Source of the DNA: an uncultured Calditrichaceae bacterium | GTDB lineage: Bacteria; Calditrichota; Calditrichia; RBG-13-44-9 | Assembly (NCBI GenBank): GCA_964452045.1 | Contig: CAYVKM010000004.1 | Location: 2,659-66,658, forward strand | Direction: 5' to 3' | DNA length: 64,000 bases | The notes under the pieces: generated by a model | What the model was told of the DNA's origin: nothing | Databases searched by the model: none | The model's input: the letters and a program-made list of their open reading frames with translations, nothing else | Translations under genes and position numbers: made by a program | Shown here: in pieces, positions 17,651 to 27,759 of the stretch | Layout: each line of letters opens with the position of its first letter | Position numbering within the stretch: the first letter of the stretch is position 1

Positions 17651-20098
17651 TTAGATTTCCGAAATCAGATCAACTTCACGCCATTTACCCTTTTTTTGAA
17701 TCCGGATAGTCTTTATTTCAAGAGGTGCGAAATTTAGTTTTATTTCAACCTCCGGATATTGAATTCTGATTTGAGAAATGGTATTTCTGCCGCTGGTCTC
17801 TTGAAGTCTCATAATAAGTGAGTTTTTATCCCCCGATGGTTTCAGGGAGGTAAGTCGGATATTCTGCGGAGAAAGTTTCAAAAAATCAGATTGATCAACA
17901 GGCTCCTTTATTTTCCACAACTTTCTATTTTTGGTGAATGATCCCATGGGAAGGTGAGCATAGGCCAGGGGAGGGGCAGCCAACCAGTCTGCCAGGGCGG
18001 TTATTTTTGTAAAAACATTATTTTTGGTACCCGTGGTCAGCGCGAGACGGATTTCATGTTTCCCCTGATCCATATACTTCCGGGCTGGATATTGCTCCAG
18101 CTTGAATCCCTGCTCATGGCAGTAAGCTGCACTTCTGAGCACCGATAATTCAAGAATCCCATCTTTGAGTTCCAACCCGTGCAGACCATTATGAACAATT
18201 CCCAGAGCCGTATCTTTTCCTTTGATTTTATTTGAAAGTAGAACCCATCGGCCATGAACATGGATATCCCCATCTGCTGGACGTGTAATTACGCCACCGG
18301 GAATTTCACACAATATATCCCTTTTCTTGAATACTGTTGGAATAATCAATTTAAGTCTTTTTCTCTCCTCCAGCCAAAAAACGCTTAGTCGAAATTCTAA
18401 TACGGACCATTTACTATAGGAAATCGTATGCAGGACAATACTGCTGTTATTGTATCGCAAGATTGATTCGTGAATGGTTCTTACCGGTCCCTGCTCAACA
18501 ACCCGGATGCTTTCCAGGTCGGCATGAAATTCCCCGATACGATTCGGAAAGCTACGACAACCCGTTCCCCAGGAATCGGCTTTGTCTTCAAAGACCACTG
18601 GTTGCAGTAATTCCCCCTTAAGTATTGGTATTTCCTTCTGAAGGTAGATCTGCTTTATCAAACCTGTAGTACGATTCAGCCTGAAATTTATAGTTGGTTT
18701 CTCCAGAACCGGTTTTTTGTGACCTTCGGTTAGTTTAACTGAATAATGTCTGACGCCAAGCGCAGGAAGTTTATCCAGGAAAGAAATTTTCCGTCGCCAA
18801 CTGTTGAAGGGTAATAGCGCTTCCGGTTGTTCCTCTTGGCAGATAATTTTACCCCCCTCTGAATTATACAATTCCACATGCCATTTACCACTCCATTTGG
18901 GCCGTTGGGAGATCATAAATTCCACTTCAACCGGTACCAAGTCCAATCCGGGATTTGTGTTAACAACCGTAATGGGGAGGTATTCATTTTTTCTTTTACC
19001 ACGGTTAAAGCAGACTGCGGCTTTCAAGTCCATTTCCCGGATTGCATTTTCAGATTCACCATAAAGGTTCAAGGCATCCTTCTCGGCTGGCTCGGTGCAG
19101 GAACCGGGAAGTATGTCATGAAAATCGTTGAACAGATGAGAATGCCAAACACTCTCGATTTTTTTGTGGGGGAATTTATATCCATATAACCACCAGGTAA
19201 CAGTACGAAGTGTTTCTGCCTGAATTAATTTTTGTAAGTTTTGATTGGCAGCTCTTTTCAGACGCGACAAGGATGTATAGCAACCGGTAAATACCCGTTG
19301 TAAATCTCCACGGAAGACGGGAGCATTTTGTCCATATTCCTTTATGGATTCATAAAAATAATCGGGTGTGCTATGAAGGATATTTACCCTGTACTCTTTT
19401 GCCCGAAATTCTTCTATTATCTCCAGATCTTCTCTGGTAGCCCCACCGCCATGATTTCCGATCCCCCAAAATACCGGTACATTTCTGTTTAATTTAATGG
19501 CAAGCTCAACCCCTTGTTCCAGACGCTGGATTATATTATCAAACTCGGTATGGTAAAGTCCTACGGAAATCCGGTAGGTAAGAATCTTGCTTCCATCCAC
19601 GCCCTCCCACCAGTATAAATCTGCTGACAGCTGTAAATCTTCCTCTTGCGGCCGCATATGGATATACATTTCGTATCCGCTCTTTTTCAGGATCTGGGGT
19701 AAACCACCCCCGTGTCCGAATGAATCAAAGTTGTAAGCGACGCGCGGAGAAACATTAAAATTTTTTTGAAAATATTTCCTGCCCACTTGAATATGTCGGA
19801 TAATGGATTCAATACCCGGCAAATTAACATCCGGCTGGAGATACCATCCACCACTGATAAACCATTTTCCTTTCCGGACGAGTTTTTGAATTTCCCTAAA
19901 AAGTGCTCGATCATATTTTTGAACCCATTGATAAAGAATAGCTTCGTTGTGGTTAAATATGAGTTCATTGCTCTCCTTAAGCAAGGTAACTGCATTCGTG
20001 AAAGTTGCCAGTGTCTCCGAGGCACCCTCTTCCCATCTCCATTGCCAGACCGGATCCAGATGAGCATTGCAGATAAGGTGAAGTGAAGGTTTTTTCAT
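17651..20098 (-). CDS. Glycoside hydrolase family 38 alpha-mannosidase
   Basis: 815 aa. N-terminal HLICNAHLDPVWQWRWEE metal-binding motif and NFDSFGHGGGLPQIL, both typical of GH38 (MngB-like). Confidence 0.8.
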   Translation of the reverse strand: MKKPSLHLICNAHLDPVWQWRWEEGASETLATFTNAVTLLKESNELIFNHNEAILYQWVQKYDRALFREIQKLVRKGKWFISGGWYLQPDVNLPGIESIIRHIQVGRKYFQKNFNVSPRVAYNFDSFGHGGGLPQILKKSGYEMYIHMRPQEEDLQLSADLYWWEGVDGSKILTYRISVGLYHTEFDNIIQRLEQGVELAIKLNRNVPVFWGIGNHGGGATREDLEIIEEFRAKEYRVNILHSTPDYFYESIKEYGQNAPVFRGDLQRVFTGCYTSLSRLKRAANQNLQKLIQAETLRTVTWWLYGYKFPHKKIESVWHSHLFNDFHDILPGSCTEPAEKDALNLYGESENAIREMDLKAAVCFNRGKRKNEYLPITVVNTNPGLDLVPVEVEFMISQRPKWSGKWHVELYNSEGGKIICQEEQPEALLPFNSWRRKISFLDKLPALGVRHYSVKLTEGHKKPVLEKPTINFRLNRTTGLIKQIYLQKEIPILKGELLQPVVFEDKADSWGTGCRSFPNRIGEFHADLESIRVVEQGPVRTIHESILRYNNSSIVLHTISYSKWSVLEFRLSVFWLEERKRLKLIIPTVFKKRDILCEIPGGVITRPADGDIHVHGRWVLLSNKIKGKDTALGIVHNGLHGLELKDGILELSVLRSAAYCHEQGFKLEQYPARKYMDQGKHEIRLALTTGTKNNVFTKITALADWLAAPPLAYAHLPMGSFTKNRKLWKIKEPVDQSDFLKLSPQNIRLTSLKPSGDKNSLIMRLQETSGRNTISQIRIQYPEVEIKLNFAPLEIKTIRIQKKGKWREVDLISEI

Positions 20099-20115
20099 AA
20101 TGGAATTCTCGCTGA

Positions 20116-21876
20116 TTAAACCTCTTCCGGTGAGGGAAGTTTTTTATACCAGGTAAAGTAAAGGAAAACACCCATTATTGCGAAAACAAACACCCATGTA
20201 ATCATGTTTTTCCACTGCCGGAGAAATAGAAAAAAGGGAATAAGAGCCAATGAAACCTGAAATATTGCCGTCAGGAATCCGTTAAGTATATCAAATTTGG
20301 GCATTGGATCTTTCACTGGTATTAATCCCCGTTTTTCAGCTTCCAGACGGACTGGTTTCCAGAAACCGAAGGGCCGGACTCTACTGTAAAATTTTAGCAA
20401 AGTCTCCATATTGGTTGGTTTAAATACAAATCCTGATATCAGAGAGATTATTACAGAAGAGATTGTGTCGAAGGAAAGGGATAGTTGGGCGGACCAGGAA
20501 TTAAAAAATAGTTTTTGGACAAGTATTACAACCGCGGAAAAGATCATACTCCAGACAAAGGCTTTGGCACTGAATCGCCACCAGTGCCAGCGCATCGTTG
20601 CCGGAGCTAAAATCATTGTCACTACGACAAAAATCATGGTTTCCCAGGCCGAAACGATATCCTTAAAATAGAGGCTGAATATAAAGGCAAGGGTTATGGC
20701 AAATATCGAGGCAATCTGACCTAATCGCACCAATTGTTTCTGTCCCAGGTTTTTGGTAAAGTAACGCTTCAAAAAATCGTTGGTAACCACGGAGCTGGTT
20801 ACATTCACCATGGCGCTAAGAGTAGACATGAGGGCGGCCAGCAATATTGCCATAAAGAGACCGCTTAAACCGATGGGCAATTTTTTCAAAACCAGAGGCA
20901 TTATTTTTTCCGCATCAAATCCGGCCTCGTTTCCGAGATAATAAATTCCCAGAATAAGAAAGGCACACCCGATTATCCACCGAAGCGTATACCCCACGGT
21001 CCACATTCCGGCAGCAAGTGAAGCATCCCTGGGACTTCGGGTAGTGAGAAAAAATTGAAAATCCCACACATTCGGTCCGGCCAGAACCCTGAAAATAAGC
21101 CAGGCAAATCCTGCCAGAAGAATGGTTCCAAAATCATTGTAATGTTGATAGGCAGCGGGGGTATCGGAAAGATAAGATGGCCAGAGTTTCCACACTGGTG
21201 CCAGTGAGCTCCATCCGGGATTCTTGCCGATTAAAAAATCAGTTCCCGAACCGGTGTTGAAGGCCATCACCCCAAGTATAATTGCACCAATAGCAATTAG
21301 TAACGTCTGGAATACATCGGTCAGGATTACCCCGATAAATCCGCCCAGGGTTACGTAGATACCAACCACCCCAAATACAAGTAGCGCAGATTGCCATCGG
21401 CCAAAGGGTAGAAACTCTTCAGCAAATTTTCCGGTGCCCACTGCCATGAACATGAGGTTAAAGATCATCAGGACCAATAAGAATGTTGCAGCAGCAATTC
21501 GGGCATATTCTGCATCACGGTCTGTTCCAAAGCGTGTTTCGTTCCATTCGGCAAAGGTCATTACACCGGAGCGCCGGATGTATTTGGCCTGGAATGCCAT
21601 ATAGAAGCATATGATTAACCAGCCCCAAAAGATGTGGGTTATCCAGATAGATTTTAGCCCGAGGTAGAACATTGCCCCAACCAAGGCCATCGTTCCACCA
21701 ATATCAATATAACTTGAGCAACCGGAAAGTCCGAGCATCCACCAAGGCACATTCCGACCGGCAAGATAATACCCGTCAAGGTGTTGAGTAGCCCGTTTTT
21801 GTACCCAAAACCCAATGAACGCCACAAAAATAAGGTATAAAGTGATAATCCCAAGATCGATCCAATGCATCTGCAT
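20116..21876 (-). CDS. Sodium:solute symporter (SSS family) transporter
   Basis: 586 aa, about 13 predicted TM segments. SSS-like YLAGRNVPWWMLGLS N-terminal region. Confidence 0.75.
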   Translation of the reverse strand: MQMHWIDLGIITLYLIFVAFIGFWVQKRATQHLDGYYLAGRNVPWWMLGLSGCSSYIDIGGTMALVGAMFYLGLKSIWITHIFWGWLIICFYMAFQAKYIRRSGVMTFAEWNETRFGTDRDAEYARIAAATFLLVLMIFNLMFMAVGTGKFAEEFLPFGRWQSALLVFGVVGIYVTLGGFIGVILTDVFQTLLIAIGAIILGVMAFNTGSGTDFLIGKNPGWSSLAPVWKLWPSYLSDTPAAYQHYNDFGTILLAGFAWLIFRVLAGPNVWDFQFFLTTRSPRDASLAAGMWTVGYTLRWIIGCAFLILGIYYLGNEAGFDAEKIMPLVLKKLPIGLSGLFMAILLAALMSTLSAMVNVTSSVVTNDFLKRYFTKNLGQKQLVRLGQIASIFAITLAFIFSLYFKDIVSAWETMIFVVVTMILAPATMRWHWWRFSAKAFVWSMIFSAVVILVQKLFFNSWSAQLSLSFDTISSVIISLISGFVFKPTNMETLLKFYSRVRPFGFWKPVRLEAEKRGLIPVKDPMPKFDILNGFLTAIFQVSLALIPFFLFLRQWKNMITWVFVFAIMGVFLYFTWYKKLPSPEEV

Positions 21877-21972
21877 AATAATATTATTCCTCGATTTTGA
21901 AATTCAGGCGGTTACCCGACTAATTCTTTAGTTGAATTACAATTTTTCTAAAATATACAATGTATGCATTTC

Positions 21973-22776
21973 TCATTTGTTTGTGGGCGGCCAATTTTCG
22001 CAGCCCTTGAAGGGCATATGTTGTCCCTCGACATATTTTGGAAATGCCTTATACTCATTTATTCCAGGTAAAAATTTTCCTCGTAAGAGCATAACACAAG
22101 GCCAGCTTTCCTCTGTCACCTGCGTTGAGGTTGGAATATAGCGAATGGTTAATCCCCGCCGCCACATATCAGAATCGTTGGCCTTTGAGCCGTGGATAAC
22201 ATTGGGATGATGAATGGAAATATCCCCGGGATTAAGAATTATGTCAACCGCTCTGGATTCATCGACCAGGGTTTCATCCATGGCAGATTCCAATACATTT
22301 GGAATATCGTGACGTTCTTTTAATTTTTGAAGATCCAGATGATGCGTTTGGGGAATAACTCTCATGCAGCCATTTGCCGGAATAGATGGATCGATTGCCA
22401 ACCACAGGGTAATTACACTCATTGGTTTTAAAGGCCAGTAACTACCATCCTGGTGCCAGAGCACAGCTTGTCCATCTTTAGGAGGTTTACAGATGTAATG
22501 GGATGCAAATAAAGCGATATCCGGGCCGATAAATTTCTCGGCGACGTCCAGTAATCGGTTATCACTAATCACCCGGACCCAAAAGGGTGAGCCCATTATT
22601 AAAGTATGATGCAGTTGTTCGGGACGGGTTCCCGGGTGCGTCTTCAGCAGCCAGTCCACGTGATTTATATTTTCCTGGATTAATTCAGGATCAAGAACAT
22701 TGCGGATAATCACGTATCCCTGTTGTTCATAGGTACTTTTTACGCCTTTGAGAGATTTCATAAAATCAAATTCCAC
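21973..22776 (-). CDS. Phytanoyl-CoA dioxygenase (PhyH)-family Fe(II)/2-oxoglutarate oxygenase
   Basis: 267 aa. WHQDGSYW (HxD facial-triad region) and IHHPNVIHGSKAN distal His. Confidence 0.7.
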   Translation of the reverse strand: MEFDFMKSLKGVKSTYEQQGYVIIRNVLDPELIQENINHVDWLLKTHPGTRPEQLHHTLIMGSPFWVRVISDNRLLDVAEKFIGPDIALFASHYICKPPKDGQAVLWHQDGSYWPLKPMSVITLWLAIDPSIPANGCMRVIPQTHHLDLQKLKERHDIPNVLESAMDETLVDESRAVDIILNPGDISIHHPNVIHGSKANDSDMWRRGLTIRYIPTSTQVTEESWPCVMLLRGKFLPGINEYKAFPKYVEGQHMPFKGCENWPPTNK

Positions 22777-22972
22777 GGAATTTTCCTTTGCCGGATTTTG
22801 TGTGAGAATTTTTTTGGTTATGAATCCAGTAAATTAAAATGTGTTCGGGCATATTTGTTTTGTATCGTCGATCAGTTTAGCAGAAAGGGTGTTAGCGTTA
22901 ACATGAAACTGAAAACAATATAAACATTAATTAAATAAATGTCAAAATTCATTTACCATTTTAACAATATTT

Positions 22973-24004
22973 CTAATTGTATTGACGGTATGCCAGAGCC
23001 ACTTCTTCAGGAGATTTGTCGATCATGGTCTCCAGATGATATTTTTCGAAAAAAGTGACATCGTTTCGGTAAAAGTTGGTAACAGCGGGACGGGTACAGA
23101 TTCTTAAAAAACTGGGAAATCGTGTCTGAAGCTTTGTATTCATGGGTGGTGAAAAGAGAACAATATTAAAACTGTTGTGTTCTATCTTATGATAAAACTG
23201 GAAGACTTTTTGGATCCCTTCCGCCAGATTTTTTAAAGTGTGTTCTGAGAGATCAGGATATCCTTTTCCATTCCCGATAATTGCGCAGACCTCATTAAAA
23301 CCCATAGGTGCGAAAGGGGTGTAGAAAAAGCAATCATCCAGTTCAAAAAGAAACCGATCGTTTTCTTTTTCCATGGTTTTTAATTTTTCCCAAAAATTTA
23401 CTTTGTACTTTTGCTGAAATTTTTTTGAATTGATAAGCACACCCCGGTGGTAATTAGTTGGAATAGGGTCGAGAAAAGGTTGCAAATGAGGGTGCAAGAT
23501 ACTGCTTCCTGCGGGCAAAAGATAATTACCATTCAGAGAAGGATATAGTTTTTGCTGATCCGATTCACCTACTATTGCAAAATAACTTTGACAGGCCTTT
23601 AATGCATCCAGGATCTGGTTCACGGTGAATTCATTAATCGCTATAAAATGTCTTTTGGAAAAAATACAAACAGCGCTGTATGCACCAAATCCTGATAAAT
23701 TGGGAAATAGAAAGGCCTCTCCGACCTCAATTCTACCTTTTTCATAAATATCTTGAGGTATCATGGGAGTGGTTGTCTCCACCTTCCCGGAGCAGAAAAA
23801 ACAGGGTTTTGCCTCACTTACAAACTGCTTTAGGGGATCGTCATCCGGAATTTTGTCCAGACCCTTAGGTTTACTAATACGCATTGTTCTTCCGGTAAGC
23901 GGATCCCAGCGGATTTCAATCTTTTCTTCGGTAAGTTCAAAATTCTTTAGCGGATTCCTGATTCTGGCAGTAATAAATTCCTTTTTGAATTCGATCGGCT
24001 TCAT
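22973..24004 (-). CDS. GalT-like HIT-superfamily hexose-1-phosphate nucleotidyltransferase
   Basis: 343 aa. RWDPLTGRTMRIS (GalT N-terminal region), CFFCSG (Zn-site CxxC) and ILHPHLQ (HPHxQ active-site motif). Confidence 0.55.
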   Translation of the reverse strand: MKPIEFKKEFITARIRNPLKNFELTEEKIEIRWDPLTGRTMRISKPKGLDKIPDDDPLKQFVSEAKPCFFCSGKVETTTPMIPQDIYEKGRIEVGEAFLFPNLSGFGAYSAVCIFSKRHFIAINEFTVNQILDALKACQSYFAIVGESDQQKLYPSLNGNYLLPAGSSILHPHLQPFLDPIPTNYHRGVLINSKKFQQKYKVNFWEKLKTMEKENDRFLFELDDCFFYTPFAPMGFNEVCAIIGNGKGYPDLSEHTLKNLAEGIQKVFQFYHKIEHNSFNIVLFSPPMNTKLQTRFPSFLRICTRPAVTNFYRNDVTFFEKYHLETMIDKSPEEVALAYRQYN

Positions 24005-24022
24005 AACCCTACCTGTGATTAA

Positions 24023-25036
24023 TTATTTTGATTTAACAACGATTTTCCCGATATGGAAACAATTCAAACTATTTTCTTCGATCATTGCTTTGATAGGTTC
24101 AAGATCACTGATATCTGCAACAACTACCAGACCAATTCCCATATTAAAGGTCTGACGAATATCGTCCGTTGGTACATTCCCGGATTTTTGGATGAGCTGG
24201 AAAATTGCCGGAACCTCCCAGGCACTCCAGTCGAATTCAGGGAGAAATCCTTCCGGTACGATCCGGATGGTATTTTTTAACAGACCACCACCGGTGATGT
24301 GAGCAAGCCCTTTTATGGAAAAATGCTCTTTAAGCTTTTTTATAATCGGGAAGTAATTAAGGTGAATTTTTAGTAATTCTTCGCCCAAAGTCAGGGACCT
24401 GCCGGGTAATCTCTCGTCCGGCTGAAATTTTGGGAACAGGACTTTTCTGGCCAGGGAATATCCGTTTGTATGGAGACCGTTTGAGGCAATCCCAATCATC
24501 ACATCGCCCTCCCGGATCTCTTTCCCGTCTATAATCTGATCTTTTTCCACCACTCCGACAATTGTTCCTACCAGATCATATTCCCCGGGATGGTAAACAT
24601 CCGGCATTTCTGCGGTTTCCCCGCCAATCAGGGGAAGTTTTGCGGTCCGGCAGGCTTTGACAAATCCCATGATGACATCATGATAAACCGAGGCAGATAA
24701 TTTTCCACATCCGAAATAATCCAGAAAGAACAACGGGGTAGCCCCACAGACGGCAATATCATTAATGCAGTGATTAACCAGGTCCTGACCTACTGTATCA
24801 TGTTTATTCATCATCACTGCTACTTTGAGTTTAGTTCCTACCCCATCGGTGCTGGATATAAGAATTGGATTTTTATATTCATTTATGGGAAATTGATAAA
24901 ATCCGCCAAATGCCCCTATATTTTTCAGGACGTTTTTATTATGTGTTTCAGCAATTGAAGTTTTAAGTCTTGAAAGTGCTTTTTCCGCTGTTTCAATGTC
25001 AACACCTGCTTTTTTATAACTAAACTTTTGGTTCAT
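24023..25036 (-). CDS. purM: Phosphoribosylformylglycinamidine cyclo-ligase (AIR synthetase)
   Basis: 337 aa. YKKAGVDIETAEKAL N-terminus and PurM-family architecture. Confidence 0.9.
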   Translation of the reverse strand: MNQKFSYKKAGVDIETAEKALSRLKTSIAETHNKNVLKNIGAFGGFYQFPINEYKNPILISSTDGVGTKLKVAVMMNKHDTVGQDLVNHCINDIAVCGATPLFFLDYFGCGKLSASVYHDVIMGFVKACRTAKLPLIGGETAEMPDVYHPGEYDLVGTIVGVVEKDQIIDGKEIREGDVMIGIASNGLHTNGYSLARKVLFPKFQPDERLPGRSLTLGEELLKIHLNYFPIIKKLKEHFSIKGLAHITGGGLLKNTIRIVPEGFLPEFDWSAWEVPAIFQLIQKSGNVPTDDIRQTFNMGIGLVVVADISDLEPIKAMIEENSLNCFHIGKIVVKSK

Positions 25037-25054
25037 TTCTTATCCTCGAAAATT

Positions 25055-25618
25055 TTAGGATTCTTCTTTTTTGAGTGAGTCAGCGTTTAAGGTTTTTAAC
25101 TGTTCCATATACAGAGTGCGGAGCTCTTCGAAATAATGAATGATCTTTTCTTGCTGGTAATCAGGATAAGTCCACTCGTTGATGCGGAAGTGTCCGTTTC
25201 TGTATCGGTAATGCACATCTCCGAATATCCCCATCCCCAGATAAATTCTATGATCAAAATCTTTTGTGGTCGCAAGAACCATTCGGGCGGCAGTCAGGTA
25301 ACCCGGATCAATATTTACTGTCCGTTTTCCACCCGACAGGAAATTTTCTTCAATCTCATTGGTGGCAGTTTTAATAACTGGCAATTGTTCGGCTGGTAGT
25401 AATGTTTCAAAGGAAATGATCCGTTTTTGTAGGGATTTTCCCATTTCCGATTGATAATAAGAAGTAAACCTGTCAAAATCAAACATCTCAGATTTAGTAT
25501 CAATTGTAGAGAATAACTTTTCTAAATCGCCATATAAATTGGCGGGATTATTTCCGATGGCCAAAGTTAGTGCAACAAAATATTTTACGGGCTGATATGG
25601 CTTAATACGTCCCATCAA
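25055..25618 (-). CDS. Hypothetical protein (DUF4416-like)
   Basis: 187 aa, no recognisable catalytic motif. Tightly spaced between the acyl-CoA ligase and purM on the same strand. Confidence 0.4.
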   Translation of the reverse strand: MMGRIKPYQPVKYFVALTLAIGNNPANLYGDLEKLFSTIDTKSEMFDFDRFTSYYQSEMGKSLQKRIISFETLLPAEQLPVIKTATNEIEENFLSGGKRTVNIDPGYLTAARMVLATTKDFDHRIYLGMGIFGDVHYRYRNGHFRINEWTYPDYQQEKIIHYFEELRTLYMEQLKTLNADSLKKEES

Positions 25619-25621
25619 AGA

Positions 25622-27442
25622 TCAGACAGAGTTTTCATCTTCGGCATAGAAGTGATCTATAATACTCTTATATTTCTGTTCTACAACATTCCGTTTTATC
25701 TTTAAGGTGGGCGTCAGATCCCCGCTTTCTATGGTAAAGGGCTCTTTGAGCAAATGGAACTTCTTAATGGTTTCATAACTGGCCAAATCCACCGACAAGC
25801 GATCGATCTCCTTTCGATACAGATCTTTAATTTCAGAAAGATTGATTAATTCTTCCTCATTGGTAAATTGGAGATTGTTCTTTTTGGCGTAGGCTTTCAG
25901 ATTGTCAAATGCCGGGACAATAAAGGCGGAACAGAATTTTCTCTTATCTCCCAGTACGATGGCTTGTTCGATATACTTTGAGGTGATCAGTAAATTTTCG
26001 ATACCTTGTGGGGCAACATTTTTTCCACCTGAAGTGACAATTATATTTTTCTTACGATCGGTAATATAGAGGAATCCATCTTTATCCAGATAACCGATAT
26101 CTCCGGTATGCAGCCATCCTTCACCATCCAGAGCTTCCTTGGTTTCCTCTTCATTTTTATAATATCCCTGCATGACATGCGGACCACGGGTCAGAATCTC
26201 ACCATCCTCCGCGATAGCTACCTCCACGTCTGGAATTGGCAAACCCGGCGTTCCGAATTTGAAATTATTTTCCTGGTTTACCGTTATCACCGGAGATGAT
26301 TCAGTTAATCCATATCCCTCGAGCAAAAGTAAACCAGCTGCATTAAAGAATTCGTTGATTTCCCGGGAAAGTGGAGCTCCTCCTGAGACAAAAAACCGGA
26401 TTTTCCCACCCACCCGCTCACGCAATTTAGAATAAACCAATTTGTTGGCTATACCATGTTTTATTTTCAGAAAACCGGTGAGTGGTAGTCCCTTCTGCTT
26501 ATAAACGTTTGCTTTTTTTCCTACTTCTATCGCCCAAAGGAATATTTTTTTCTTTAAAGCGGAACCTTCTTCCAGTGAATCCATGACACGAGCGTACACT
26601 TTTTCAAAGAACCGCGGTACACTGGTCATTATGGTGGGATGAATCTCGCCTAAGTTACTGGCAACTGTTTCCACGTTTTCGGCATAGGCAATGTTCGCAC
26701 CGCAATGAGTGGCTAGAAAATGTCCGGCCATTCGTTCAAACACATGAGAGAGAGGAAGAAAAGAGAGAAATGTGTCTTCTTCACTTACATGAAGGACGCT
26801 CAATCCGCCTTCAATATTAGAAAGAAAATTGCCATGAGACAGCATTACGCCTTTTGGCACACCAGTCGTACCCGAAGTATAAATAATGCTGGCCAGATCT
26901 TGCCTGCTGATTTGGGCAAGACATTCATCTAAAAAATTCGGGTGAGACTTCTGATATTCTGTTCCGATTTCCAGTATTTTCTTCCAGGAAATCACCTCCT
27001 GGGGTGCATCACCTTCCATGAGAATGATATTTTTCAGATTTGGTAATTTATTCCTGATTTCAAGTATTTTTTTTAACTGATAATCCTGGGATACGATGAT
27101 AGTTTTCCCATCGGAATTATCGATGATAAACTGAATGTGGGAAGGGAGCAAGGTAGGATAAATGGGTACTGTAATTGCTCCGAGTGAAAGAATGGCATAA
27201 TCGGAGAAGGCCCATTCTGGGCGGTTTTCGGATAATAAGAGAACTTTATCTGTTTTTCCTGTCCCCAGCGATGCCAGGCCCGCCGCAATTTGAGCTACCT
27301 GTGTATTAGCCTCTTTAAAGGTAATGGATTTGTACTGCTCGCCCTCCTTGTACATAAAGCCTGTTCGTTCCGGGAATTTCTCACACACGTCATGAAACAT
27401 CTTTCCCAAATTTGGATAACCCATATTGCCGTCCTCCATCAA
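25622..27442 (-). CDS. Long-chain fatty-acid--CoA ligase (AMP-dependent synthetase/ligase)
   Basis: 606 aa. AMP-binding motif YTSGTTGVPKGVMLSHGN. Confidence 0.85.
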   Translation of the reverse strand: MMEDGNMGYPNLGKMFHDVCEKFPERTGFMYKEGEQYKSITFKEANTQVAQIAAGLASLGTGKTDKVLLLSENRPEWAFSDYAILSLGAITVPIYPTLLPSHIQFIIDNSDGKTIIVSQDYQLKKILEIRNKLPNLKNIILMEGDAPQEVISWKKILEIGTEYQKSHPNFLDECLAQISRQDLASIIYTSGTTGVPKGVMLSHGNFLSNIEGGLSVLHVSEEDTFLSFLPLSHVFERMAGHFLATHCGANIAYAENVETVASNLGEIHPTIMTSVPRFFEKVYARVMDSLEEGSALKKKIFLWAIEVGKKANVYKQKGLPLTGFLKIKHGIANKLVYSKLRERVGGKIRFFVSGGAPLSREINEFFNAAGLLLLEGYGLTESSPVITVNQENNFKFGTPGLPIPDVEVAIAEDGEILTRGPHVMQGYYKNEEETKEALDGEGWLHTGDIGYLDKDGFLYITDRKKNIIVTSGGKNVAPQGIENLLITSKYIEQAIVLGDKRKFCSAFIVPAFDNLKAYAKKNNLQFTNEEELINLSEIKDLYRKEIDRLSVDLASYETIKKFHLLKEPFTIESGDLTPTLKIKRNVVEQKYKSIIDHFYAEDENSV

Positions 27443-27759
27443 TTTTTCTTAGGTTAATATAATGAAAACTTTCGAATTGTGTCAATATTTATATCATCCC
27501 GAAGCGATATTGTCAGACTAATACTTTTTTTATAAATATGTTGATGAAGAATTCATATTTTTTGAACTTTCTGTCGGATTTGGGAATTAGAGTAAGTTGA
27601 ATATATATTGGATTTTTGTTAGCAAATGTTTACTGTTAAAATTTTGGATAATTGAATTTGATTTTTTAAGTTTCGGTGTCGAAAATAATAGTTCAGCTTT
27701 CACTCAACTTTATGTTAAATTATGTGCTGAATTAAATTTATTATGTTTAGGATAATTGT

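Noticed and set aside
27443-27759. A 317-bp AT-rich region upstream of the divergent acyl-CoA ligase and pgpH genes, considered as a riboswitch or sRNA locus.
   Set aside because: Very low GC and no stable GC-rich helices or recognisable riboswitch consensus. Most simply explained as two divergent promoters.
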